Below are positions 8,611 through 18,544 of a DNA stretch of 64,000 nt, piece after piece. The notes beneath the pieces were generated by a model. It was not told the DNA's origin and ran no database searches. It saw only the letters and a list, made by a program, of their open reading frames with translations. Position 1 is the stretch's first letter; every line of letters starts with the position of its first letter. Position numbers and translations under genes: made by a program. The DNA is from an uncultured virus (IMG/VR IMGVR_UViG_3300042691_003004) (Duplodnaviria; Heunggongvirae; Uroviricota; Caudoviricetes): IMG/VR virus record IMGVR_UViG_3300042691_003004. One strand, given 5' to 3'.

Positions 8611-9519
8611 TTAGGCTCCGGGTGAACCGAAGATACCCAGCGGGTCAGACACGCCGAAGCTATAACGCTCACGTGCCTTATAACGGCTGTTGCCGGTGTC
8701 GAAGTCAGCGTCCATGCCGGTTTGCATCGGCGTACGAACGAAGTGCTTCAGGCCATTAGGTACATCCGTCATCAGGAACCATGCGTTGGTGTCCGTCAGA
8801 TAGTGGTTAATGGCGTAGCCCTCGGGGATAGACCCCATCGACTTCAGCGCGTTGATGTCGTTGTCAGCCGTAGCGACACGCAGTTCGGTTTTGAGCAGAC
8901 GCTCAGCAACGAACTGGAGTGCAGGCGGAACGATCAGCTTGCGCGGCTTAGCAGCAATCAGCAGTCCACGCTCGTCCGTCCACGCAGCGATCTGAATGAC
9001 AGCGGCTTCAAGTGAAGTCTCATTCAGGTCGGCAGCAACCGTGGGACGGTTGCTGTTAACACCGCCGGAAACCAGCGGATGCGCGGTGGAGAACAGGGTC
9101 TGACCGTCACCGTAGGTGGGGCCACCAGCGAAGCCTTGATTCAGGATCGCAGCAGCTTTTACCTGCTTGGTGTAGGCCATGGCGCGAGCCAACGCCTTGG
9201 TGTAGCGGCTGGACAGACTGTCGTACAGGTTGTCCTCGATGGCTTCTTCAGTCAGCGAGAAACCCATAGCGATGGTCTCATGCACGTAACGTGCAGTCCA
9301 TGCTTCCTGAGCATTGTCATACGCCAGCGCAGAACCTTCGTTCTTGACTGGGGCGGCGCTGAAGCCGGAGAGCTTGGTCTCCTCCTCAAACGAACGCTCA
9401 GAGGTTTCGGTTTCGAAAATCTCTTTGTGTTCTTCGCCGTACTTTTTGTACTCCAAGCCAAACAGCGCGTTAAGGCCGGGCAGGAGTTCTTTCAGTAGTT
9501 GGGCACGAGAAATTGCCAT
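8611..9519 (-). CDS. Major capsid protein
   Basis: 302 aa; LLPGLNALFG, PRKLIVPPALQF, YKARERYSFG; downstream of scaffold and followed by terminator. Confidence 0.85.
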   Translation of the reverse strand: MAISRAQLLKELLPGLNALFGLEYKKYGEEHKEIFETETSERSFEEETKLSGFSAAPVKNEGSALAYDNAQEAWTARYVHETIAMGFSLTEEAIEDNLYDSLSSRYTKALARAMAYTKQVKAAAILNQGFAGGPTYGDGQTLFSTAHPLVSGGVNSNRPTVAADLNETSLEAAVIQIAAWTDERGLLIAAKPRKLIVPPALQFVAERLLKTELRVATADNDINALKSMGSIPEGYAINHYLTDTNAWFLMTDVPNGLKHFVRTPMQTGMDADFDTGNSRYKARERYSFGVSDPLGIFGSPGA

Positions 9520-9530
9520 GATTTAACTCC

Positions 9531-10211
9531 TTAGACGCCGGTCGGGTTGTTGTACATGTGACCGCCAGTCATCACCGTGGTCGTGGTGACGGTGATCGGG
9601 GGGCCAGCATCGTACACAGAGGTAGCCACAGGGTACGGGTCATTAAACTTGCAAATGAATTCACAGAATTCACCGGCAGCGTTGGCCGTATCAGGAACAC
9701 CAGCAACGATGCGAATCGGGAGCGATGCGGTAGCAGCAGCAGACGTGCCGTCGATACCAACCGCAGAATCACCCGTGGTGGTCGAACCAGCGTTCTGGAC
9801 CAGCGCGACGTTGTTGCCAATCACGGTCTGGCCGTAGAAGGCGACGGTCGTACCAGCCGACACAGCGGCTACTTTGAACAGCACATCGGGATCATCAGCG
9901 ACATACGCTTGCGCGTCAGAAGCGATGGTGCCAGAGGGCCAGTATTGGCTCCAACGAGGCTGCTTGGTGGAAGGATCGGTGTAGGTGCAGCCAAGGAAAA
10001 TGCCTGCAACGCCGGTCGCCGCCACGGTGGTCGTGCCAGAATCTTTCTCAACGGTGCCAGTATTAACTAGCTTGACCACATCACCGTAGAAGATGTTAGC
10101 AGCGTAACCGCTAGCGATCTTCAGGAGACGAGTCGAACCAGCAAACACCTGACCACCGATCAGATTGACCGGTTTCAAGCCATACGGCTTGTCAACAGTA
10201 GGGTATGCCAT
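9531..10211 (-). CDS. Capsid decoration / minor head protein
   Basis: PYGLKPV...IFYGDVV...GIFLGC; immediately upstream of MCP. Confidence 0.6.
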   Translation of the reverse strand: MAYPTVDKPYGLKPVNLIGGQVFAGSTRLLKIASGYAANIFYGDVVKLVNTGTVEKDSGTTTVAATGVAGIFLGCTYTDPSTKQPRWSQYWPSGTIASDAQAYVADDPDVLFKVAAVSAGTTVAFYGQTVIGNNVALVQNAGSTTTGDSAVGIDGTSAAATASLPIRIVAGVPDTANAAGEFCEFICKFNDPYPVATSVYDAGPPITVTTTTVMTGGHMYNNPTGV

Positions 10212-10229
10212 TTTTAGGACTCCAAAGAG

Positions 10230-10679
10230 TTAAGTGCCTTTTCCGAAAGTGACCTTCGTCTTGCGCTCGTTAAAGAGCGGCATACGTGGGTCATTCTCGC
10301 GCATGAGATTGTTATCCACGGAGGTAATCTGGGTCGTAGACTCGTTCAAAAAGTACTCGTTACGATCCTCAACCATCTCGCGGGGGGCTTTGCACAGCAG
10401 CAAACCACCAATCAAAATGTTGTCCTTGAAGCGCTCGTTCTCGACGCCCGCGACAAAGATTTCTGGGTGATCTGATGCCTTAACGGGTTCCCAACCTTCA
10501 CGGAGTTTGAGGGACACATTCATGGGATCAACTTCACCACGAGTACTAACGCGAACCCAGTGAAATTCATAGCCCTCCACAGGACGTGGGGTCGGCAAAA
10601 CATCAGCACGTTGCCATGCGCGTTTGCGGGCCGTTTTTTCACGAGTTTCTAGTTCACGATTCAGTCGATTTTCAGCCAT
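10230..10679 (-). CDS. Head-module hypothetical protein
   Basis: WVRVS...LREGWEPV...GGLLLCK; between scaffold and capsid genes. Confidence 0.65.
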   Translation of the reverse strand: MAENRLNRELETREKTARKRAWQRADVLPTPRPVEGYEFHWVRVSTRGEVDPMNVSLKLREGWEPVKASDHPEIFVAGVENERFKDNILIGGLLLCKAPREMVEDRNEYFLNESTTQITSVDNNLMRENDPRMPLFNERKTKVTFGKGT

Positions 10680-11709
10680 TTTGTTTCCTCATTTCCATAG
10701 CAACCTGTTTGGCGTATTCGGTCAGCGGTACACCAAGCCGTTTGGCTAATGCCACCTGCGTTTGCGTCAGCACGATTTTTTTGGGTGCAGTGCTGCGTGT
10801 AGCCGGTGCCACGACGTTCGTCTTACGACGAGGCTTAGTATCCTCTGGTTCTTCTTCCTCAGCATCCTCAAAGGAGTCTGGGAAGACTTGGCGCATACGA
10901 GCATTGATCTTCTCGTAGTATTCGTCAGAGCGTGGATTCACACCCTGCTTGACCAACTTCTGGTGCAACCCCAGCGCAAAGCTGGTCATCTCGTCATCCT
11001 GACCAAACCATGAATTGTCTTGTTGCCATTTCACGGCCCGATCATCGACTGCTGGGGCGGTTGTTTGGGGTTGTACCTCACTTTCATCTTCTTGTAAAGC
11101 GGGTAGTTTTATGTTGTTAACGCGTTCTGCTTTGAGTTTTGCGGCAGTAAGTTCTTCTTGCGCTGCAACAACAGCATCAGACTCACCTGCGTCATAAGCA
11201 GCTTTGAACTTTGCCTTGGCGTCCTCAACCTCACGTTCCGCCGTCTTTTTAGCGGCTTCCAACATAGCCTGTTGGTTTTGTCCAACAGTACCTTTGAGTT
11301 TCTTATTTTCTTCGAGCAGACGCGCCGTTAATGCCTCCAGTTCAGCCTTCTCACGTGCAGCTTGCTCAGCGGCACGGCGTTGATCGTGATAGCCCTTACT
11401 AAAGTGCTGAAGGCGCTTTTTAACCTTCTCGGAGTAATTTTCTAACTCCTCATCGGTTAACTCGTCAGGTGGGGCTGATGGCTTTTTACCGCGATCTTTT
11501 TTAGGCGTGTCATCTACGACTTCAATCGCAATATCGTCATCATCGTCGTCCACCTTTTTCTTTGGCGCTTCTTTTTTAGGCTCCTCAACCAAAGAATCCT
11601 TGCGGCCTTCAATAATAATTTCAGCCGTCCCATCCTCCTTCATCTTGACATCTTTACTCGTGTCTCGATCAGGATCGGGAAACTCAAACGCTACTTTTTC
11701 AAACGGCAT
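10672..11709 (-). CDS. Capsid scaffolding protein (likely start 11709)
   Basis: Acidic N-terminus, long coiled coil, C-terminal LTQTQVALAKRLGVPLTEYAK. Confidence 0.7.
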   Translation of the reverse strand: MPFEKVAFEFPDPDRDTSKDVKMKEDGTAEIIIEGRKDSLVEEPKKEAPKKKVDDDDDDIAIEVVDDTPKKDRGKKPSAPPDELTDEELENYSEKVKKRLQHFSKGYHDQRRAAEQAAREKAELEALTARLLEENKKLKGTVGQNQQAMLEAAKKTAEREVEDAKAKFKAAYDAGESDAVVAAQEELTAAKLKAERVNNIKLPALQEDESEVQPQTTAPAVDDRAVKWQQDNSWFGQDDEMTSFALGLHQKLVKQGVNPRSDEYYEKINARMRQVFPDSFEDAEEEEPEDTKPRRKTNVVAPATRSTAPKKIVLTQTQVALAKRLGVPLTEYAKQVAMEMRKQNG

Positions 11710-11711
11710 GA

Positions 11712-12008
11712 TCAGCACTCCTTCCAGTCGTCTGCGAGCATGTCGCTCTGCGACGCCAACCAGCCGGGCAGGTATGCCTGACGGCCATGTGCGTTCACAG
11801 TCCACATGTCAATGTGAGGAAGGATTTCCATTTCGCTGAGCCCCCGCGATTCGAGGAATTCGGCGTTGATCGGGCTGTTGGGGCGAAGGTTCTCTTTGGA
11901 CACCTTGTAACCACCGGCCAGCACGAGGAACATGCCCTTGCCATTCCAGCCCTCACGGGCCACTTTTTTGCCAGCCTTCAAGGCGGCGATTGCATCTCCG
12001 AAGTTCAT
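11712..12008 (-). CDS. tad2: DUF2829 / Tad2-like anti-defence nucleotide-sponge protein
   Basis: MNFGDAIAALKAGKKVAREGWNGKGMF...WLASQSDMLADDW signature; AAGGAGA RBS. Confidence 0.75.
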   Translation of the reverse strand: MNFGDAIAALKAGKKVAREGWNGKGMFLVLAGGYKVSKENLRPNSPINAEFLESRGLSEMEILPHIDMWTVNAHGRQAYLPGWLASQSDMLADDWKEC

Positions 12009-12018
12009 CAGAGTCTCC

Positions 12019-12393
12019 TTACGCACGCGTGATGCCACGCGGATCAGCCACGACTGCTTCGATGGAGTCGTCGTTCATCAGGCGGTATTCCACGCCATTA
12101 ACTCGGATGCGCGTGCCAGAGTTAGCACGGAACACCACAAAGTCACCAACCTTGCACCAAGGGCCATTTGGGAAACGATCCTTGTCCGCATAGGCTTGTT
12201 CGCCCATATCAAGCACTACACCCGTCACAGTCATTAACTGTTCTTCGTACATAGTGCGCTCGGACTTCACGATGCCCAGTTCGTTAAAAGTTTCTTCGAT
12301 CTGGGGCAGCGCAATCAGCAACCTATACCCGACGGGTTTTGGCATTTGAGCTTCAATCTCGTCATCGGTAACGGCGGTCTGGTTTTCACTCAT
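12019..12393 (-). CDS. groES: Co-chaperonin GroES-like protein
   Basis: KPVGYRLLI, GVVLDMG, KVGDFVVF, EYRLMNDDSIEAVV. Confidence 0.8.
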   Translation of the reverse strand: MSENQTAVTDDEIEAQMPKPVGYRLLIALPQIEETFNELGIVKSERTMYEEQLMTVTGVVLDMGEQAYADKDRFPNGPWCKVGDFVVFRANSGTRIRVNGVEYRLMNDDSIEAVVADPRGITRA

Positions 12394-12583
12394 CATCATC
12401 TTCCATTTGAGAACGCGAAAGGTCTTTCGTGGTTTGGATGGCAAGCTGGAGACCTCGAATCCTGCCTACCACTTCCCGGTACTCGTCGAATGATTTACAC
12501 CCGCCGCTTACTAAGAACTGCGTTGAGGAAGCCACATCTTCCTCAAACTTGTTTACAAGCACGTCAAAGACGGTTTTTGCCAT
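12386..12583 (-). CDS. Small head-module protein
   Basis: FDEYREVVGRIRGL; between portal and GroES. Confidence 0.6.
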   Translation of the reverse strand: MAKTVFDVLVNKFEEDVASSTQFLVSGGCKSFDEYREVVGRIRGLQLAIQTTKDLSRSQMEDDDE

Positions 12584-12586
12584 GGA

Positions 12587-15061
12587 TTAATCCTTCTTGC
12601 CGCTGGCTGGCGGCTTCTTGGGCATAGCCAAAACCTTCAACGCATCGAGTTTCAACCGCTGCTGGTTTTGAGTTTCTTGAGAGGCAATACGCTTGCCCTC
12701 TTTCATAGCTTCAATCTGCACGCGCTCACGTTCCAGCATGAGCTTCTGTGCGGCCAACTGCATATCAGCCTGTTGCTTGGCCTGCGCGAGCACAGCGTCG
12801 GCAGACATCTTCTGGGCCTTGGCCTGAACCTCCATCTGCTTAGTCTGGACCTTAGCTTGCTCAAGCTGGAACAGCGGGTCTTGCGCTTGCTGTTGCGCCT
12901 GTTGCTGTGCGGCCTGCTGCTGGTGCGCCTGTGCAACCTGCTTGCCAGCGTCGGCCATGAGCCGTGCCAACTGCACCTCGATGTCCTCGGGCAACTTCTC
13001 GTCGGGCGGGGGCAACTGCACGCCCAGACGCTCCTCGATCTGCTTGCGGTAGCTGAAGCCCAAGTGCTCGGCGATGTGTGCTTGCAAGCTGGCCATGATC
13101 TGCTGGGCCATGGGGTTCTGGCCAATACTGGCCGCGATCATTGGGTCCTGCATGAACGACTGGTGAGTAGCGATGTGCGCGTCGTGATCCTGATAGATGA
13201 ACGCCTTCATGGGCTTGCCCACCAGAGCTGCCATGTTCTCGCTCACAGGGTCCTTGGGCTTAGCATCCTCGCTCGTGGGCACGATCTTGTCGGCGTTCTT
13301 GATGCCCAGCGTCTCAATCATCTGGCGGTGCAAATACGGCAGATCGTAAATCTGCGGTGCGCTCTGGGCCATCTGAAATACGGCCTGATACTGCACCACA
13401 CGTTGAGCCATCGTGCTGCTGTTGGGGTCGCTGACAGGGATGACATCAACTGTTGCGTAGTCGCTTTTGCGAGCCATGATGTGCCCGGTCTCGGGCTCAT
13501 AGCTGTACTCCTCTGGAGCGTAGTCAGCGATGATTGCCTTGAGGAGCTTGAACTCCTGCTTCATCGCGTAGTGCACGCGGCTCTGAACTGCTGCCATCGG
13601 CTTGAGCGTGCGCTCCAGCAGTGCCAGCGTCGTGCCCACAGGAGCGTTTGCGCTCATGTCCGACACGTTCATATCACTGATTGCGCCAAGGCGGCGACCT
13701 TCTTCAGTAATGCGCTGTAACAAAGCAAGAAGCGTCTGGCTCGGCTCCTTGTACGGCAGGGTCATGATGTTGTCTTTGACGCTGCCCGAGGGCACATCAA
13801 CATCACGGAACTCGCCCGGCTGGATGGGCGTATCGTCACCCTTGATGCGCAGGCCCCGCGATTTCAGTCCACCCGGCAGGTTTGACAGCGTGCCAGCATC
13901 AATCAACTGACGAATGATAGAAGTGCCAGCGCGAGCGTATCCACCAATGATGTGGATCAGGCCCAGGCCATAAAAGCCAAAGCCCGGCACGTAGACGTAG
14001 TGCACGAAGTGATTGCGCTTGAGCCTGAGGGGGTCGTCCTCATCCCAGTTACGGCGCACTGCCAGCACCTTGTTTGTACCCTTGTCGATGGTGATGACGT
14101 ATGGCTTAGCGAGGTCGTCCTCCTCGTCGTCCACCCCCTCAATACACATCGTGGCGTGGACTTCTAGCAGCGCATACCGGTCATCATCTTGTAGTGTGTA
14201 CCCACCCTCCTCGGCCTTTTTCTTCTCAATATCGGTGTGGAACTGAGTAGGTTCACCCAGATCACACTCTTTATAGAAGCCTGCGGCCATCAGGCGCTCG
14301 ACCTCATTCTTTGTCTTACGCATCACGTGAGTGATACGTTCGGCTGTCTCGATGTGGCTGGTGCCGTAAGGCACAATCACATCTTCTGCTGGGAGATAAA
14401 TACTGACCTGACGGCCAATGTTGGGGTCGTAGTAGACCTTCTTAAACGCAGAACCCGCAAGGCCCAACGAGTACAGCATTCGCTCATGCTCTGAGCGGTA
14501 CTCCACCATCTTCTCGGTGATCTGGAAGTTCATGTCCTCGCGCACGCGCTCGGCTGATTCTTCCTTCTCCTTAGTCACCTTACCCAGAATCTTTGTCTTG
14601 ACTGGCCCAGCGGCTGGAAAAGTCTCAGCCATGGTCTCAGCTTGGAACCGGATAGCAGCCTCGGCCAGCACGGTTGAGAACACACCTGATGCACCATCCC
14701 ACGGATCAGTGCGCTCCTCGTACTTAAAGCCTAGTACCTCAAGGCCCTTGACGAATGTGTCCGCCCACTCTTTACGTGATGTGATGTCAGCATCAACAAG
14801 CTCAGTGAGTTCACTAGCTAGCGACGATAGTGCAGCCTCATCCATAAACTCAGCGAGGTTGTCACCAAACTCACCTTCACCATCTTTCTCAGAGCTACCA
14901 CCTTCAAGTGATACTTCAACCGTACCGTCGGGCAACTCGGTGATTTCGACTTCGCCTACTGGCGTATCTAGCGCGATCTCGACGGCGATGCCTTCATCCT
15001 CCTCACCGGGCAATCCTTCCGGCGCGGCATACAATCCTTTTTCCATGCTGCTCGTGGCCAT
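12587..15061 (-). CDS. Portal protein
   Basis: 824 aa downstream of TerL; GSAFKKVYYD, GFYGLGL; Q-rich C-terminal coiled coil. Confidence 0.85.
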   Translation of the reverse strand: MATSSMEKGLYAAPEGLPGEEDEGIAVEIALDTPVGEVEITELPDGTVEVSLEGGSSEKDGEGEFGDNLAEFMDEAALSSLASELTELVDADITSRKEWADTFVKGLEVLGFKYEERTDPWDGASGVFSTVLAEAAIRFQAETMAETFPAAGPVKTKILGKVTKEKEESAERVREDMNFQITEKMVEYRSEHERMLYSLGLAGSAFKKVYYDPNIGRQVSIYLPAEDVIVPYGTSHIETAERITHVMRKTKNEVERLMAAGFYKECDLGEPTQFHTDIEKKKAEEGGYTLQDDDRYALLEVHATMCIEGVDDEEDDLAKPYVITIDKGTNKVLAVRRNWDEDDPLRLKRNHFVHYVYVPGFGFYGLGLIHIIGGYARAGTSIIRQLIDAGTLSNLPGGLKSRGLRIKGDDTPIQPGEFRDVDVPSGSVKDNIMTLPYKEPSQTLLALLQRITEEGRRLGAISDMNVSDMSANAPVGTTLALLERTLKPMAAVQSRVHYAMKQEFKLLKAIIADYAPEEYSYEPETGHIMARKSDYATVDVIPVSDPNSSTMAQRVVQYQAVFQMAQSAPQIYDLPYLHRQMIETLGIKNADKIVPTSEDAKPKDPVSENMAALVGKPMKAFIYQDHDAHIATHQSFMQDPMIAASIGQNPMAQQIMASLQAHIAEHLGFSYRKQIEERLGVQLPPPDEKLPEDIEVQLARLMADAGKQVAQAHQQQAAQQQAQQQAQDPLFQLEQAKVQTKQMEVQAKAQKMSADAVLAQAKQQADMQLAAQKLMLERERVQIEAMKEGKRIASQETQNQQRLKLDALKVLAMPKKPPASGKKD

Positions 15062-15063
15062 GG

Positions 15064-15234
15064 TTACTCCTCGTTTTTGGTAACCAAATACGCAAGCACC
15101 TTGCCATCAAGGGCCCCGTTATGGATTCGTACAATATGAAACTTTTCGGGTTCTTCTAACGACGCCCAAAACACTTGCGCTGAGATCAGGTCTGGAAACC
15201 CCACTAGCATTTCGGTAACAGAATTTTCTCTCAT
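15064..15234 (-). CDS. Small hypothetical protein (56 aa, MRENSVTEML...TKNEE)
   Basis: Below cutoff; AAAGGA RBS; fills the TerL-portal gap. Confidence 0.5.
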   Translation of the reverse strand: MRENSVTEMLVGFPDLISAQVFWASLEEPEKFHIVRIHNGALDGKVLAYLVTKNEE

Positions 15235-15245
15235 GCTCAATCCTT

Positions 15246-16826
15246 TCAGTAATAGCGGTTCTTACTCCGCGACTTAAAGTACCTGATTTCTTCAGGCTCA
15301 TCGCTGGGAAGTCTGATGAACCCACCCTGACGGAATCGCATGAGGGCCATCACTGTGGTATCAACCAAGTCATCGTTTGTCATGAACGGAAACCCAGCGA
15401 TCTCCTCGATCACCTCCTCCGCCCATCGTGTTTGAGGTACCCAGCACAGTCCTGATCTCACGATATCCGATACGGAGTTTAACCTTGCTAGCTTGTCACC
15501 GCTACCACGGTGAGGTGTGTATTCCTGCACAAGCACACCAGTGCGTCGCAATTCTTGATAAAGCGCTGTACCGCTGGACTTCTTCTCAACAATAAACGCA
15601 TCGGGCTCCCACTCCCTAAACTCCTCCGTCGCCAACTCTTTAAGCTGGTGGAACTCCACCCGCTTCTTTATCGCATTTAAGAGGATGACGTTGTAGGTAT
15701 TTGCCCCGGGGCCTTCACGCTCCTCGTTGAAGAACACCCCCCACGTCGTGATTGCTGTGAAGTCGGCACGGTTGTGGGTCTCGGCTGCGGCATCCAGCGT
15801 CATGATGATGTACTCACACTCCGGCGGATCGTCCTTCTCCCAGATATTCCACCACTCACGTTTGACGACTGAGGCTTCTTCGGCGGTGGGGTTTTGCTGG
15901 TATTGCGCGTTCCACTGGAACACAGGCATAGATGCCTTTGTCCGGTACAACGCCTTGAGGTCAAAGAACTCAGGCCATAGTGGCTTTTCAATCTGGGTGC
16001 CATCGCGCTCCACAGTCATGATGGCTGGGAACTCCACCACCTCATACTGATCGGCGTCGTCGTTCTGGGCCATATCCCGGGTCACACGCCCGGTCAGGTC
16101 GTCCTGATGCCACCGTGTTTGCACGATGGCCACACGTCCACCCGGCATCAGACGGGTACGGGCACCGTATGTAAACCACTCGTATGCCTTCTCAAACACC
16201 CCAAAGTTGCCGTTGATGATGTCTTGTTCGTTGTGCGGGTCGTCAACAAGAAGGAGGTCGGCACCTCGACCGGCCAAAGCAGAGCCCACACCGCAGGCGA
16301 AGTATTCGCCACCCACGCTTGTGTTCCATCGCCCGGCTGATTTACTGTCGGCTGCAAGGGCTACGTTTGGGAAAATTTGGCGGTATTCATCGCTATCGAT
16401 GATGTTTCGCACCTTCCGTCCAAAGTCCACGGCGAGGTCTGTGGTGTGGGACACCATCAAAACCTTCTTGTTAGGGTAACGTCCTATGAACCATGCCGGG
16501 AAGTAAATACTAACTAACTGCGATTTGCCATGACGTGGTGGCATGTTCACGCACACACGATCTTTGTCGCCCTTGGCAATCGCCATAAGCAGGTCAGCCA
16601 GCACCCTATGGTGCTTACCAACCTTGTAATCGGGCTGCATGTGCTTGCAAAACTCAATCAGATCATCAAAACACGCCTTGGCCTGCTTGCGCTGGGCCAA
16701 AACATCAGCGATTTTTTCAATTTCTACCTGTTCTTCAGGGGTGTATGAGTCGATGTTGTTCAACATCAACTGGACTTCTTCCTCCGTGAAGTCCAAATCT
16801 GGGTCAATCGCAGTATCCGTGGTCAT
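15246..16826 (-). CDS. terL: Terminase large subunit
   Basis: Walker A PPRHGKS, Walker B LLLVDD, coupling VQTRW, nuclease NDDLVD. Confidence 0.92.
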   Translation of the reverse strand: MTTDTAIDPDLDFTEEEVQLMLNNIDSYTPEEQVEIEKIADVLAQRKQAKACFDDLIEFCKHMQPDYKVGKHHRVLADLLMAIAKGDKDRVCVNMPPRHGKSQLVSIYFPAWFIGRYPNKKVLMVSHTTDLAVDFGRKVRNIIDSDEYRQIFPNVALAADSKSAGRWNTSVGGEYFACGVGSALAGRGADLLLVDDPHNEQDIINGNFGVFEKAYEWFTYGARTRLMPGGRVAIVQTRWHQDDLTGRVTRDMAQNDDADQYEVVEFPAIMTVERDGTQIEKPLWPEFFDLKALYRTKASMPVFQWNAQYQQNPTAEEASVVKREWWNIWEKDDPPECEYIIMTLDAAAETHNRADFTAITTWGVFFNEEREGPGANTYNVILLNAIKKRVEFHQLKELATEEFREWEPDAFIVEKKSSGTALYQELRRTGVLVQEYTPHRGSGDKLARLNSVSDIVRSGLCWVPQTRWAEEVIEEIAGFPFMTNDDLVDTTVMALMRFRQGGFIRLPSDEPEEIRYFKSRSKNRYY

Positions 16827-17512
16827 TATTTTTGCGCAGGGGGCAAAATTTCATCGGTTTTTGCAGATTTTTCGCAAATTTCTGGCGAATTTTCGGTTTC
16901 GGGGGGTGTCAACGCTACTTTTTCTACAGTTAGCCCGAGTTCCGCATCAACGTCTATGATCTCACCACCCACAACCACAGCATCTTCCACCGGCTCTGCC
17001 TTTCGCAGCAGCCTTTGCAGCTTATAACGCAGCCTTTCTTTGAGTTCGTCCGTGGTTTGATGCGTAACGGTGAGTTCCTGCTTCTCAGAAAACAGCCCAA
17101 CGTCGCTGTGTTTACCCAAAAGCTCCAACGCACGGATTCTGATGCGTGGATCAGGGTTTCGAGACTCCTCCAGCAGCCTGTTTGTCACCAAATGGCGCAT
17201 CTCCAAAGCATGTGTGACCACAGCTTTGCCATATTCGTCGAGGTAATCGCGGATATTTATTAGCGACGGTGCAGTTAACGTGGATGCACGCACGTGGTTG
17301 ACCGCTTTGGAAGCCTTCTGGGGGTCTTCTGCATACGCCGTGGTCAGCGCAGCGGCTGCTTCTTTATCAGCAGCGGTCGGTTCAAGGTCCAACCCATGTT
17401 TTTCTAGCAAAAGCGCCGAACGGCACGCCGCTTCGGCCCGCTCTCGCAGGTCAATATACGAAATATCAGGCGTTATTTCCACGCCCAATTCAGGCGTCAG
17501 TTCAATTGTCAT
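16826..17512 (-). CDS. terS: Terminase small subunit (putative; likely start 17512)
   Basis: Directly upstream of TerL; RIRALELLGK...VGLF motif. Confidence 0.6.
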   Translation of the reverse strand: MTIELTPELGVEITPDISYIDLRERAEAACRSALLLEKHGLDLEPTAADKEAAAALTTAYAEDPQKASKAVNHVRASTLTAPSLINIRDYLDEYGKAVVTHALEMRHLVTNRLLEESRNPDPRIRIRALELLGKHSDVGLFSEKQELTVTHQTTDELKERLRYKLQRLLRKAEPVEDAVVVGGEIIDVDAELGLTVEKVALTPPETENSPEICEKSAKTDEILPPAQK

Positions 17513-17540
17513 TCGCAAGTCCTTAGACCGGTTATTGCGG

Positions 17541-17570
17541 AGTGTATTTTCTTTTGGCAAAGGATGTCAA
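17541..17570 (-). promoter_or_regulatory. Sigma70-type promoter for packaging/structural arm
   Basis: TTGACA-18 bp-TACACT on - strand upstream of terS. Confidence 0.55.
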
Positions 17571-17860
17571 CGATTGACGGGGGGTGTTGCACAAACCGGA
17601 AGCATGGGGCCGACGGAAAAATAGTGAGTAATTTGGGCGGTGGGGGTACACACAATAATTTGTTTTGGTGAGTGATGTTACGGTTGTAGATAACAAATTA
17701 CGTAGGGTATGGGGTCCCAACGCAAAGAAGTGGGGGGTATTTGAGTGGAATAGCATACCTACGCGGCCACTGGGACTCCAAACTGCGCGCGGGGGGCCGG
17801 GTGCGGGTGGGTCGCCCAGATCGGCTTTTTCCCTTTCGAAGCCGTCCTGCGCCGTCGCCG

Positions 17861-17879
17861 TGTTAGGGATTCCCTAACA
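17861..17879. repeat. Palindrome copy 1 TGTTAGGGATTCCCTAACA
   Basis: Read directly; upstream of promoter P1. Confidence 0.95.
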
Positions 17880-17903
17880 GATCGTGCCAGATCGTGCCAT
17901 TCC

Positions 17904-17932
17904 TTGACAGGTAACACGTTATCGCGTACAGT
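17904..17932 (+). promoter_or_regulatory. Early sigma70 promoter P1
   Basis: TTGACA-17 bp-TACAGT. Confidence 0.7.
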
Positions 17933-17994
17933 TCATCCCATCGAACGACGCATCTAGTTCGATACCAACTCAACCCGATGCACAAGGAAAAACC

Positions 17995-18525
17995 ATGAAA
18001 GCAACTAACAACGTCAAAGTGTCCAACGAAACCCTGAAGGACATCAGTGCTTGGTCTGGCAAGTCTGCGCAAGCTGACAAGGCAAAGACCAAGGCAGTCG
18101 ACGCGCTTCACGCTGATGGGGTAACAGCGGAAATGCTCAAGGCACCGGGCAAGGATGAGCCCCGCGCACTGTACGAAGCGGTGCAAGTTAGCATCGTGCT
18201 CGGGTTCACGACGGCAGTGCAAGTGCTCTTGAAGAAAGACACCAAGACGCTCAGCGAGTCGCAAAAGACGGACAAGCGTTACTGGCAACAGCAGATCGGC
18301 TCGAAGATGAAAGACCTGCGCAATGCCTTGTCAAAGCGTGAGCGTCAGGGTGAGGAATCAGACGGCGCTGGGTCTGATAAGTCGTCATGGGAAGCGACCA
18401 AGCGTAAGGTGCTCGCTGAGATGATTGACCAAGCACAGAAGAAAGAAAGCACCACGATCAAGGACATCAGCGCCTTCATCAAGGACCTGCAAAACGCACT
18501 CGCTCGCATCCCTGCGAATGCGTAA
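17995..18525 (+). CDS. Early hypothetical protein (176 aa), monocistronic
   Basis: AAGGA RBS; own promoter and terminator; flanked by palindromes. Confidence 0.75.
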   Translation: MKATNNVKVSNETLKDISAWSGKSAQADKAKTKAVDALHADGVTAEMLKAPGKDEPRALYEAVQVSIVLGFTTAVQVLLKKDTKTLSESQKTDKRYWQQQIGSKMKDLRNALSKRERQGEESDGAGSDKSSWEATKRKVLAEMIDQAQKKESTTIKDISAFIKDLQNALARIPANA

Positions 18526-18543
18526 GTTAGGGAATCCCTAACA
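18525..18543. repeat. Palindrome copy 2 AGTTAGGGAATCCCTAACA
   Basis: Abuts TAA stop. Confidence 0.95.
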
Positions 18544-18544
18544 G

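Noticed and set aside
12668..13720. Long antisense ORFs (e.g. 350 aa opposite portal; also 20295-20906, 43120-43812, 45055-45858)
   Set aside because: Shadow ORFs arising from the codon bias of real genes on the other strand.
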